Origin: Patescibacteria group bacterium
GTDB taxonomy: Bacteria > Patescibacteriota > Microgenomatia > 2-02-FULL-39-11
NCBI GenBank assembly: GCA_023379265.1
Contig: JAMCUI010000009.1
Coordinates: 252,908-316,907, forward strand
Direction of reading: 5' to 3'
Length of the DNA stretch: 64,000 nt
The notes under the pieces are model-generated. The model had not been told where the DNA came from, made no database searches, and saw only the letters and a list, made by a program, of their open reading frames with translations. The position numbers were made by a program, and so were the translations under genes. This document shows, piece after piece, positions 1-9,385 of this stretch (position 1 is its first letter; each line of letters begins with the position of its first letter).

Positions 1-1
1 A

Positions 2-769
2 GCAAAATCTTTTTCAGTCAGGCTTTTCAAACACGCATATACCGGTTTTGTGGAACCGGCCCGCAATTTCGCCATCTCCAAAGCCAAAGGCGATTGGGTT
101 TTGATACTTGATGCAGATGAGGAAATTCCCAAAACATTGGCAGATTACATTAAGGATATTGTACTGGGCAAGAAAGTTGATTTCTGCCGTATACCACGTA
201 AGAATATCATTTTTGACAAGTGGATAACGCATGCAGGATGGTGGCCGGATTACCAGATCAGATTTTTCAAAAAAGGCATGGTGACATGGACCGATAAGAT
301 TCATGGGATTCCTTTGACCCGGGGGAACGGTTTGGACTTTCCTGCTGAAGAGTCTTTAAGCATCGTCCATCATAATTATCAGACTATCGAGCAGTTTATT
401 GAAAGGCTGAATCGCTACTCGGGTATTGCTGCCAAGGAAATGTATCTTGCCGACAAGAGGTTTAAACCTGAATGTCTTTTTGACCTGCCTGTACGTGAGT
501 TTGTCCAAAGGTATTTTGTTCAGGAGGGTTATAAGGATGGAGTGCACGGTTTGGGTTTGTCTCTTTTGCAGTCTTTTTCGGAGATCTCTGTGTATCTGAA
601 GCTTTGGGAACTGGAAAACTTCAAAGAGGAAAAAATATCCGTTGAGGACGTACGGTCTATGATAGAAAATGAATACAGGCACAAAAGATATTGGCTATAC
701 GATCTTTTTCTTTCCAAGCCCCATTCCATCCTTGAGTCCTTAATCTGGCGCATAAAAAGAAAATTATGA
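2..769 (+). CDS. GT2 glycosyltransferase (beta-1,4-glucosyltransferase/WaaE-like), 5'-truncated
   Basis: Frame is open from base 2; ARNFA..GDWVLILDADE, PRKN, WPDYQIRFF and GYKDG motifs. Confidence 0.85.
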   Translation, partial: AKSFSVRLFKHAYTGFVEPARNFAISKAKGDWVLILDADEEIPKTLADYIKDIVLGKKVDFCRIPRKNIIFDKWITHAGWWPDYQIRFFKKGMVTWTDKIHGIPLTRGNGLDFPAEESLSIVHHNYQTIEQFIERLNRYSGIAAKEMYLADKRFKPECLFDLPVREFVQRYFVQEGYKDGVHGLGLSLLQSFSEISVYLKLWELENFKEEKISVEDVRSMIENEYRHKRYWLYDLFLSKPHSILESLIWRIKRKL

Positions 770-1674
770 TTTCCAAAACAGCCGTAATTATACTTCACTA
801 CAAGAGTTGGAAGGATACAGCCGTATGTCTGTCTTCTATTTATTCGAGAGGATCCGATTTGGGGAATAAAAAGGTATATATTGTTTCCAATTCGGGAGAC
901 TTTGGAATTCCTTCTGAAATTGATAAACGGTATAAGGGAATAGAGCTTATTATTAATGATTCTAATATCGGTTACTCAGCTGCCAACAATGTGGGTTTGA
1001 GGAAAGCCTTACAGGATGGTTATAAATATTTCATATTACTGAACAATGATACTTTGGTATCTGCAAAATCATTAGACAACTTAGCCGCTTTTGGCTTTAA
1101 AAACCCCCAGGTAGGTCTTGTCTCTCCAAAGATTTATTTTGCCTCTGGCAGCGAATACCATTCACAAAGGTACACAGGGGATGAAAAGGGCCGTGTCATA
1201 TGGTATGCGGGAGGCCTTATAGACTGGAAAAACATTTATGCTTCGCACAGGGGAGTGGATGAGGTGGATACAGGTCAATATGATGAAATTTGCGATACCG
1301 GTTTTTCCACAGGCTGCTGTATGTTTATAAGTGGAAACGTTATAGATAAAATAGGTTTTCTTGATGAGAAGTATTTTCTCTATTTTGAGGATGTGGATTT
1401 TTCACTGAGGGCAAAAAGAGCAGGATTTGAAATAAAATATTATCCGGGGGTTTCCATATGGCACAAAAATGCAGAGACTTCAGGAAAACCGGGTTCAAAA
1501 CTGCACATTTATTACCAGCTTCGCAACAGGCTATATTTTGGCATCCGGTATGCTCCGCTTAGGGCAAAAAAATCCCTTCTTCTGGAAAGCTTCAGAGATT
1601 TATTTAAAGGAAACATCTTCAGACAGGCAGTAGCTGATTTTTATAAAGGTAAGATGGGTAAGGGAAAATTATGA
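766..1674 (+). CDS. GT2 glycosyltransferase (WbbL/rhamnosyltransferase-like)
   Basis: NIGYSAANNVG, LLNNDT, GCCM, YFLYFEDVDFSLRA; ATGA overlap with the upstream gene. Confidence 0.88.
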   Translation: MISKTAVIILHYKSWKDTAVCLSSIYSRGSDLGNKKVYIVSNSGDFGIPSEIDKRYKGIELIINDSNIGYSAANNVGLRKALQDGYKYFILLNNDTLVSAKSLDNLAAFGFKNPQVGLVSPKIYFASGSEYHSQRYTGDEKGRVIWYAGGLIDWKNIYASHRGVDEVDTGQYDEICDTGFSTGCCMFISGNVIDKIGFLDEKYFLYFEDVDFSLRAKRAGFEIKYYPGVSIWHKNAETSGKPGSKLHIYYQLRNRLYFGIRYAPLRAKKSLLLESFRDLFKGNIFRQAVADFYKGKMGKGKL

Positions 1675-2444
1675 AAAACGCAGATATAAGCGCCATCATT
1701 ATAACCAAAAACGAAGAAAAAGACATAGAAGGTTGCATAAAAACATTGCCCTTTGCAAAAGAAATTATTGTTGTTGATAATGGTTCAACTGATAAGACAG
1801 TCGATAAGGCAAAATCTTTGGATGCAAAAGTGGTTGTAAGCGGTACTCTTGATTTTTCCTATCTGCGCAATCTGGGCCGCGAAAAGGCCGAACATGAATG
1901 GCTTTTTTATATTGATGCTGACGAAAGAGTGACGCCGCACCTCAAGGAAAGTCTTGTAAAAGCAGCAAAAAATATAAGGGGAAAATACTGTGCCTATGCT
2001 GTCAGGCGGAAAAATTATTACCTGGGAGTGGAATGGCCAAATGAGGAAAAGATGGTCAGACTGGTTAGGAAAAAGGATCTTCTGGGTTGGTACGGATCAC
2101 TGCACGAGACGCCCCAGGTGCTTGGTAAGGTAGACGATATAAAAGAGGGTATTTTACTCCATTTTGCTCATAACGACATTTCCGAGATGGTGGAAAAGAC
2201 AAATCAATGGTCCAACCTTGAGGCACAATTGCGCTACAAGAACAACCATCCTAATATGACTCCGTGGCGGTTTTTTAGGGTGATGTCGACTGCTTTTATG
2301 AAATCATATGTTACCGACGGAGGTTATAAAGCTGGCACTACCGGTCTTATAGAGAGTGTTTATCAGTCATTTAGCATGTTTATCACCTATGCTAAATTGT
2401 GGGAAAAGCAAAATGGCGATAAGTTGTATGATGAAGAAAAATAA
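1671..2444 (+). CDS. GT2 glycosyltransferase (WaaE-like)
   Basis: IITKNEE, VDNGSTD, YIDADE, LHE motifs. Confidence 0.88.
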   Translation: MKNADISAIIITKNEEKDIEGCIKTLPFAKEIIVVDNGSTDKTVDKAKSLDAKVVVSGTLDFSYLRNLGREKAEHEWLFYIDADERVTPHLKESLVKAAKNIRGKYCAYAVRRKNYYLGVEWPNEEKMVRLVRKKDLLGWYGSLHETPQVLGKVDDIKEGILLHFAHNDISEMVEKTNQWSNLEAQLRYKNNHPNMTPWRFFRVMSTAFMKSYVTDGGYKAGTTGLIESVYQSFSMFITYAKLWEKQNGDKLYDEEK

Positions 2445-2457
2445 AGAGACCAAAAAG

Positions 2458-3528
2458 ATGAAAATAGGGATATACAGTCCTTATCTGGATACATTGGGGG
2501 GAGGGGAAAGGTATATATTGTCTATTGCCCGGTATTTGAAAAGCCAAAAAGACTATGCCGTCTATATCTATGGGGATGTGCGTCTGCGGGAGAAAATTGA
2601 ATCAATGTTAAGTATTGATCTTTCCGGTGTCTATTTTTTGCCTCAATCACAGATAATAAAAACTGGCCCTCTTTCCAAAATCATAAGACCTCGGATGTAT
2701 GACATTTTTTTTTACATGACGGACGGTAGCCTTTTTTTTCCGATTGCCAAGAGGAATTTTCTAATAATGCAATCACCTATTCATCTGACTAAAAAGTCAC
2801 TACTGAATAAAGTGAAATTGCATAATTGGGAAATTTTGTGCTATTCGGAATTTATGGCGGGTGTGATTTTTGACAGGTTGGGACTTGAAGCCACCGTTTT
2901 ATCCCCTCCGGTTGAGACTGAAAAGTTGCAATATAGTGGAGAAAAAAAACAAAATATAATTTTGTCTGTTGGCCGATTTTTTATAAATCCCCACAACAAG
3001 AAGCAGGAATTCCTTATAGACGTTTTCCGACGAAGCTATAAAAAATATTTTTCAGGATGGAAACTAATTCTTGCTGGAGGCTTCCTACCAAGTAAAAAAA
3101 CAAATATTGAAATGAACAGGTTGAAAGAGACAATCGGGAGCTTTCCTATAGAGTTCTATACAAACGTTAATTTCCACGAATTGGTAAGACTTTATAGAAA
3201 ATCAAAAATATATTGGCATGCGACTGGTTACGGTGAAGACTTACAGTTATATCCTGAAAGGGCGGAACACTTTGGTATTACTACTTTGGAGGCGATGTCA
3301 GCCCAGTGCGTACCGGTTGTTTTTAATGGCGGCGGTCAGGTGGATATAATAAATGACGGTATAGACGGTTATTTCTGGAAAAGCGAGAAGGAGTTGTTGT
3401 ATAAAACAACCATTTTAATGAAGGATGAAAGGCTCAGGAAAAAGATGTCTTTGGAATCAGTAAAAAGAGCAGCAGATTTCGGACCTAAAAAATTCTATGA
3501 AAAGATTGACCAAATTCTTTCAGAATAA
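2458..3528 (+). CDS. GT4 glycosyltransferase
   Basis: MKIGIYSPYLDTLGGGE start; SVGRF and EHFGITTLEAM GT-B motifs; start chosen at ATG 2458. Confidence 0.88.
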   Translation: MKIGIYSPYLDTLGGGERYILSIARYLKSQKDYAVYIYGDVRLREKIESMLSIDLSGVYFLPQSQIIKTGPLSKIIRPRMYDIFFYMTDGSLFFPIAKRNFLIMQSPIHLTKKSLLNKVKLHNWEILCYSEFMAGVIFDRLGLEATVLSPPVETEKLQYSGEKKQNIILSVGRFFINPHNKKQEFLIDVFRRSYKKYFSGWKLILAGGFLPSKKTNIEMNRLKETIGSFPIEFYTNVNFHELVRLYRKSKIYWHATGYGEDLQLYPERAEHFGITTLEAMSAQCVPVVFNGGGQVDIINDGIDGYFWKSEKELLYKTTILMKDERLRKKMSLESVKRAADFGPKKFYEKIDQILSE

Positions 3529-5809
3529 TTTTTTCCCGCTTCTTATACTGTTATTGGTAATCATTTTTTTTTACCCGGTCTTTTTGCAGGGTAAACTTCC
3601 CATTCCTGCCGATACCATAACAGGTATGTATTATCCTTTTAAGGATGTGTCTTTTGCCGGCTATCCGTCAGGTGTGCCATACAAAAACTTTCTGACGACA
3701 GATCCTGTAAGACAACAATATGTCTGGCGGTATGCGGCAATGTCACAAATGGCAAAGGGTGAACTACCTCTTTGGAATCCTTACTCATTTTCCGGTACTC
3801 CTCTTTTGGCCAATTTCCAATCAGCACCTTTTTATCCCCTGAATGTCTTATTTATATTTCTGCCCTTTGATGTCGCCTGGACAATTCTTGTTATTGTTCA
3901 ACCTCTTCTTGCCGGTATATTTTTATATTTTTATTTGAAGGAAATCGGAACAGGAAAGATGGGTGCTTTCATAGGATCCATAGCGTTTGCCTTTTCAGGT
4001 TTCAGCATTGCCTGGTTGGAATGGAATACGGTTATACAAACCGCACTCTGGCTTCCATTATTATTGTTATCGATTGAGAGAATTATTCAGACTATCGGCA
4101 ATTTTCAAAATTCAAAACTGCAGGTAAGAAAAAGGAAGATAATTATTTGGGTGGGGATTTTTACTTTTTCCTTAATCTTCTCTTTTTTTGCCGGACATTT
4201 GCAAGTTCTCTTTTATGAGTTTCTAGTCACTAATTTTTATTTAACGATCAAAATTGTACTGGCGAGGAAAAATAAACTAAAGATTATTTTGCTCTTCGCA
4301 TTTAGTTATTTATTATTTGTTGTTTTGACGTCAATTCAATGGTTGCCTTTACTGCGCTTCATCATGCTTTCAGCCAGGAATGTCGATCAGGGAAACTATA
4401 CGCATGTTGCCGGCTGGTTTCTCCCTTGGCAAAACCTTGTTCAATTTATTGCTCCTGACTTTTTCGGTAATCCATCAACGAATAACTATTGGGGGATATG
4501 GAATTACGGTGAATTTATCGGTTTCATAGGTATTTTACCTCTTATTCTTGCTTTGTATGCGCTTGTATTTCGTTATAGCAAGAAGGCCCTTTTTTTCTCG
4601 ACCGTTTTTTTCCTAAGTCTTATTTTTTCCCTGCCAAATGTCTTTTCAATGCTGCCTTTCAGTTTGCATCTTCCTCTTCTTTCTTCAAGTCAGCCCACAA
4701 GATTGATGTTTCTTGTGGATTTTTCGCTCTCTATTCTGGCGGCATTTGGTTTTGATAATCTCTCATCAGATAAAAATATAAGGAAAATATTGTGGGTTTT
4801 AATTCCTGTTGCTGTCGTTTTTATTCTTCTTTGGATATTTGTTTTGAAGTTTCCCCTTTTTAATCTGAATATCTCTGCGGCGGACATTTCTGTTTCCAAA
4901 AGAAATCTTTTTTTGCCGAGTATAGTATATTTGTTTTCTGCGATATTATTGCTGGGGATAGCGTCAATGAAAATGAATAATAAAATCCCTCTATTTTTTT
5001 TGCTGATTATCATTTTTATTGCAGAGATTTTCAGGTTTGGCTGGAAATTTACCCCATTTTCCAAAAGCGAATTCCTTTATCCTCCAACAACTATCACTAA
5101 TTTTATAAAAAAAGACAAAAATAATTTTAGAATGATGACTACGGATAGACGAATAATGCCTTCGAATTTTTCTGTCTACTACGAATTGCAGGATGTAGCA
5201 GGATATGATCCTTTATATCTTCTGTCGTACAATCGGTTTGCGGCTTCGTGGGGAAGGGGAAAGACGGATATAGATGCCGCTTCCTTCAACAGGATTGTAA
5301 CTCCTTCAAATTACGACAGTTTCTTTTCAGATTTATTGGGGGTAAAGTATATAATGAGTTTCGGACCGCTAAAATCAGCAAAGTTAAAGCATATTATGAC
5401 TGAAGGAAATACTTATCTTTATGAAAATAAGAAAGTTTTCCCGAGAGCCTTTTTTGTAGGAAATATTGTCTTTGCATCAAATCCCCAGGAAGAGATGGAC
5501 AAGATGTATTCACTTGCCGATAATTTGCGAAATACCGCTGTGTTGAATAAGAATGTGAAAATCAAACCTCAGAAGAAAGGATTAGAAGATGATAAAGCAG
5601 AGATTGTTCATTATGAGGCAAATGATGTCCAGATTAAGGTTGTTACAACTGCAGAGAGATTGATGGTTTTGACTGATATTTATTATCCGTCGTGGAAGGC
5701 CTCAATCGATGGGAGACCTGCGGAAATTCTCAAGGCTGATTTCCTTTTGCGTGCGATTGTCGTACCAAAAGGCGAACACACAATAATGTTTTATACAAGC
5801 TTGATTTGA
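3497..5809 (+). CDS. YfhO-family GT-C membrane glycosyltransferase
   Basis: LPLWNPYSFSGTPLLAN, many TM segments, GYDPL, PRAF, C-terminal YYPSWKASIDG..AIVVPKGEH. Confidence 0.85.
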   Translation: MKRLTKFFQNNFFPLLILLLVIIFFYPVFLQGKLPIPADTITGMYYPFKDVSFAGYPSGVPYKNFLTTDPVRQQYVWRYAAMSQMAKGELPLWNPYSFSGTPLLANFQSAPFYPLNVLFIFLPFDVAWTILVIVQPLLAGIFLYFYLKEIGTGKMGAFIGSIAFAFSGFSIAWLEWNTVIQTALWLPLLLLSIERIIQTIGNFQNSKLQVRKRKIIIWVGIFTFSLIFSFFAGHLQVLFYEFLVTNFYLTIKIVLARKNKLKIILLFAFSYLLFVVLTSIQWLPLLRFIMLSARNVDQGNYTHVAGWFLPWQNLVQFIAPDFFGNPSTNNYWGIWNYGEFIGFIGILPLILALYALVFRYSKKALFFSTVFFLSLIFSLPNVFSMLPFSLHLPLLSSSQPTRLMFLVDFSLSILAAFGFDNLSSDKNIRKILWVLIPVAVVFILLWIFVLKFPLFNLNISAADISVSKRNLFLPSIVYLFSAILLLGIASMKMNNKIPLFFLLIIIFIAEIFRFGWKFTPFSKSEFLYPPTTITNFIKKDKNNFRMMTTDRRIMPSNFSVYYELQDVAGYDPLYLLSYNRFAASWGRGKTDIDAASFNRIVTPSNYDSFFSDLLGVKYIMSFGPLKSAKLKHIMTEGNTYLYENKKVFPRAFFVGNIVFASNPQEEMDKMYSLADNLRNTAVLNKNVKIKPQKKGLEDDKAEIVHYEANDVQIKVVTTAERLMVLTDIYYPSWKASIDGRPAEILKADFLLRAIVVPKGEHTIMFYTSLI

Positions 5810-5824
5810 TATGAGAAGTTTAAT

Positions 5825-6748
5825 ATGAATAAAAAAATAAGCATTGTTATACCAAACTATAATGGCAGGAATTTGTTTATGAAAAACTTGCCTGAGGTTT
5901 TAAAAGCTGCGAGAGGTGCAGAGATTATAGTTGTGGATGATGCTTCAGAAGATGACAGCGTGGCAATGCTCCGAAAGAATTTTCCCCATATAAACGTTTT
6001 ACAAAGTGAAACCAATCGGGGATTTTCCACTGCGGTAAATAAGGGCGTGATGGCGGCAAAAGGAGAATTAGTGCTTCTTCTTAATAGCGATGTCTATCCA
6101 GAAACTGACTTTTTGGAATATCTTCTGCCCCATTTTGTCGATAATAAAGTTTTTGCAGTAGGATGCCTTCAGAAAAGCGAAGAAGAGAAAAACAGGACCG
6201 TACAGCGAGGCAGAGGTATTGGTGAATTTAAAAATGGATTTCTCATTCACTCAAAAGGAAAGCCCGATAAGAAAAATACTCTTTGGGTTTCAGGAGGAGC
6301 TGGGATTTTCAGAAAAGACTTGTGGAATGATCTGGGGGGGTTGCGGGAAATATATGACCCCTTTTATTGGGAGGATATAGACCTGTCTTACAGAGCGCTG
6401 AAAGCCGGATATAAAGTGGCATTTGAACCAAAAAGCACAGTTTGGCACAAACAAAGTACGGGGGCTATCCGAAACAAATATGACAGCAGTCGAATAAAGG
6501 CAATTTCATATAGGAATCAGATTCTTTTTGTCTGGATGAATATTACTGATTTTGGATTGCTGATTAATCATCTTTTATATTTGGTCTATATTACATCCAA
6601 ATCCATAATTAAGATTGATAAGTCTTTTATATCAGGGCTTTTACAGGCAATAGTAAGATTGCCCCAGGCGATGGTAGAGCGTTTCAAATTTAAGTCAATG
6701 ATTAAAATTAAAGACGAACAGATATTTCTCTTATTTAAGAAAGACTGA
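5825..6748 (+). CDS. GT2 glycosyltransferase
   Basis: VIPNYNG, VDDASED, LLNSD, PFYWEDIDLSYRA. Confidence 0.88.
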   Translation: MNKKISIVIPNYNGRNLFMKNLPEVLKAARGAEIIVVDDASEDDSVAMLRKNFPHINVLQSETNRGFSTAVNKGVMAAKGELVLLLNSDVYPETDFLEYLLPHFVDNKVFAVGCLQKSEEEKNRTVQRGRGIGEFKNGFLIHSKGKPDKKNTLWVSGGAGIFRKDLWNDLGGLREIYDPFYWEDIDLSYRALKAGYKVAFEPKSTVWHKQSTGAIRNKYDSSRIKAISYRNQILFVWMNITDFGLLINHLLYLVYITSKSIIKIDKSFISGLLQAIVRLPQAMVERFKFKSMIKIKDEQIFLLFKKD

Positions 6749-6788
6749 GACGTAAGGCAAGCTGCTTTATTTGTTCAGCTTCATTTTG

Positions 6789-6797
6789 TGCTAAAAT
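6789..6797 (+). promoter_or_regulatory. Putative extended -10 promoter (TGcTAAAAT) for the GT-C array
   Basis: TGnTAAAAT in the 82-bp gap upstream of the array. Confidence 0.4.
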
Positions 6798-6830
6798 ACT
6801 TGATATTTTGATTAGGTGTTTAGAGTAAAA

Positions 6831-8510
6831 ATGAGACGTCACATTTTTCTATTGGTATCGATTTTTATACTGGCATGTATTTTGCGGCTCTATCAGCTTG
6901 GCAAGACACCTATATCTCTAGAGTGGGATGAGGTAGCCATAGGCTATGACGCTTATTCAATACTGCATACGGGTCGGGATCAATTCGGCACGCTTTTGCC
7001 TTTGACATTCAGGTCTCTTGATGATTACAAGCCTCCAATTTATGAATATATTACAGTTCCTTCAGTGGCTATATTTGGACTAAACTCATTCGGAGTGAGA
7101 TTTCCCTCGGCATTTTTCGGGATACTGACAGTTATTGCCACCTATTTTCTGATCTTTACAATTATGTCGAAGGTGCCCAGGTTGGCAAAAGGAGCCTCAT
7201 ATATAGCTTTTCTTGCGGCATTTCTTCTTTCAGTGTCACCCTGGCATCTGCAGTTTTCCCGGGCGGCTTTTGAAGTAAATGTGTCCGTGTTTATTACAGT
7301 TGTGGCAGTGTATCTTTTTATTGCAGGTTTGGAAAAGTCGCGGCTTTTTGTACTGTCAGCTTTATTTTTCGGCCTTGATCTGTTTTCATATCACAGCACA
7401 AGAGTGGTTGCACCTCTTCTTCTGGTTTCACTTTTTCTTCTATTCAACCGATTGCTGCCGAAAAGAAAATATGTTGTCAGATTTAGTCTTATCTTTGCTG
7501 TATTTTTTGCCGGATTCATATCAATACTCCTTACGCCTGGGTCAGAGATTAGGTTTCAGGCAACAAACATATTCAACGCCGGCGCTAGGTATCTTAACGA
7601 GAAGGATCTTGAGAAAATATTTCTAGACCAGAGACTATTGGATGCGAAAGCGGGCTTTGCCCAGGCCGGAAAAATATTCCATAATCAGAGATTTATTTAT
7701 TCTGATTACGATACTTTGGTAAAAGCATTTAACCATTACCTGTCCAATTTCGGTTTTGAATTTCTGTTTATACGGGGTGATGCACCTTTGCACCATGCTC
7801 CTGGATTCGGACTCATATATGTTTGGGAGTTGCCATTTATACTATTGGGTATTTTGTATATTCTGAAAAACGGGTTAAACCGTTATTCTCTTATATTGCC
7901 CCTTTGGTTTCTTTTCGTGCCCATACCGGACGCCGTTACTCGTGAGGCTCCTCACGCGGTCAGGTCCGAGCTTTTTTTGCCTCTGTGGCAGACATTTGCC
8001 GCAATTGGATTATTTGTAGCCTTTGATTTTGTCAGGAAGGAGTCCCGCTGGGTGGTGGTATTTTCTGTGCTTTTTGCCTTGTCAACTTTTATGGTTGATA
8101 ACAGCTATTATCTGCACCAGTATTATGTGCATACCAATTACGAACTTTCAAAGAATTGGCTATACGGGAGAAAGCAGGCGGTGGAGTATACGGAGAACGT
8201 AAAAGGCAGTTATGATCACGTCTTGGTTTCTATGCATGTTGACATGCCATATATTTTCTGGCTTTTTTACTCCAAATACCCTCCGGCAAAATATCTGGCT
8301 GCGGGAGGTACGGTTTCCGGCGGTTTTGCTGATCAAAGAAATCATTTTGATAAGTATGAATTCAAAAATTTCAATTACAACAATCTGCCGACAAATGAAA
8401 CGTTGCTCTTGGTTGGTGTACCGGGAGATTTTCCGCCAGATGCAAGGATACTCAAAACCATAAGATATATTGACGGTACAAAGGCATTGGAAATAGTTGA
8501 GAATCGGTAG
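6831..8510 (+). CDS. GT-C (ArnT/PMT-like, GT83/GT39-like) membrane glycosyltransferase, array copy 1
   Basis: WDEVAIGYDAYSIL..GRDQFG..DDYKPP, SPWHLQFSR, multi-TM, C-terminal soluble domain; ATG at 6831. Confidence 0.85.
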   Translation: MRRHIFLLVSIFILACILRLYQLGKTPISLEWDEVAIGYDAYSILHTGRDQFGTLLPLTFRSLDDYKPPIYEYITVPSVAIFGLNSFGVRFPSAFFGILTVIATYFLIFTIMSKVPRLAKGASYIAFLAAFLLSVSPWHLQFSRAAFEVNVSVFITVVAVYLFIAGLEKSRLFVLSALFFGLDLFSYHSTRVVAPLLLVSLFLLFNRLLPKRKYVVRFSLIFAVFFAGFISILLTPGSEIRFQATNIFNAGARYLNEKDLEKIFLDQRLLDAKAGFAQAGKIFHNQRFIYSDYDTLVKAFNHYLSNFGFEFLFIRGDAPLHHAPGFGLIYVWELPFILLGILYILKNGLNRYSLILPLWFLFVPIPDAVTREAPHAVRSELFLPLWQTFAAIGLFVAFDFVRKESRWVVVFSVLFALSTFMVDNSYYLHQYYVHTNYELSKNWLYGRKQAVEYTENVKGSYDHVLVSMHVDMPYIFWLFYSKYPPAKYLAAGGTVSGGFADQRNHFDKYEFKNFNYNNLPTNETLLLVGVPGDFPPDARILKTIRYIDGTKALEIVENR

Positions 8511-8515
8511 ACAGT

Positions 8516-9385
8516 ATGAAAAAGATTTTTTTTCTGGTGCTGATTTTACTTAACACAGTTTTCTTGAGGATATATAAGATCGGGTTGGTTCCACCCCTAA
8601 AGTCACAAGCGGATTTGGATTTACGCTATTTATCTTCAATACTTGGGATACTTTCAGTTTTTTTAATATATTTTTATGTCAAAAAGATATTTCAAGAAAA
8701 CGTAAGGATGGGACTTTTGGGTGCCTGGGTATTCAGTTTGCTGCCTTGGACAATAGAACAAAACCGTATTATTTCCCAGCCGACGTATGCACTTTTCATA
8801 TTAATTATTGCTCTGTTAATTTCGTTGGTAAACAAAAATAAAATAATAAAATATGGAGTTTTTTTTGTTTTTGCCCTAATATTGTATTTTGTCTATCCCC
8901 AGTTCTGGCTTTTCAGACATTTTGCTCATCTTCCGGGGATAAAGGATGTTGCGGATAATGTTTTTATATTGGTTTCGCCTGATCTCCTTTTTTTCAAAAA
9001 TATTACTTTCTGGTGGGGCGGGGTAAGAGACTACGGAATTTTGCTTTTGGGTTTTTTGCCGTTTCTTCTTGTAGGATTTTACCGGGTTGTAGTTTCCCAA
9101 AAAAAGGAAATCCTTCTACCCTTTTTTTTGCTTCTAATGATTTCTGCTTTGAGCCCCTTTTTTCCTGAAAGCCGGGAATATTACCTTACATTACCTTTTA
9201 TTACGGTATTTATATCTGTAGGAATCTGGAATATTTTCCGTAATAAATATTTTTTAAGTAATGTTTTATCGGTTTTTCTTTTTCTTTTTTTAATATATGA
9301 TTTTGCCGGATTTCTTCATTTTTACCAAATACATTACCCGCAATTTATTATAGGTAACCTACACAATATACATGTACCATATTAA
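8516..9385 (+). CDS. Shortened GT-C paralog lacking the DE loop and the C-terminal domain
   Basis: Colinear remnants of array motifs (LRIYKIG..PP, LPWTIEQNR, SPDLLFFK, FLPFLLVG, FLHFYQIHYP) in only 289 aa. Confidence 0.7.
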   Translation: MKKIFFLVLILLNTVFLRIYKIGLVPPLKSQADLDLRYLSSILGILSVFLIYFYVKKIFQENVRMGLLGAWVFSLLPWTIEQNRIISQPTYALFILIIALLISLVNKNKIIKYGVFFVFALILYFVYPQFWLFRHFAHLPGIKDVADNVFILVSPDLLFFKNITFWWGGVRDYGILLLGFLPFLLVGFYRVVVSQKKEILLPFFLLLMISALSPFFPESREYYLTLPFITVFISVGIWNIFRNKYFLSNVLSVFLFLFLIYDFAGFLHFYQIHYPQFIIGNLHNIHVPY

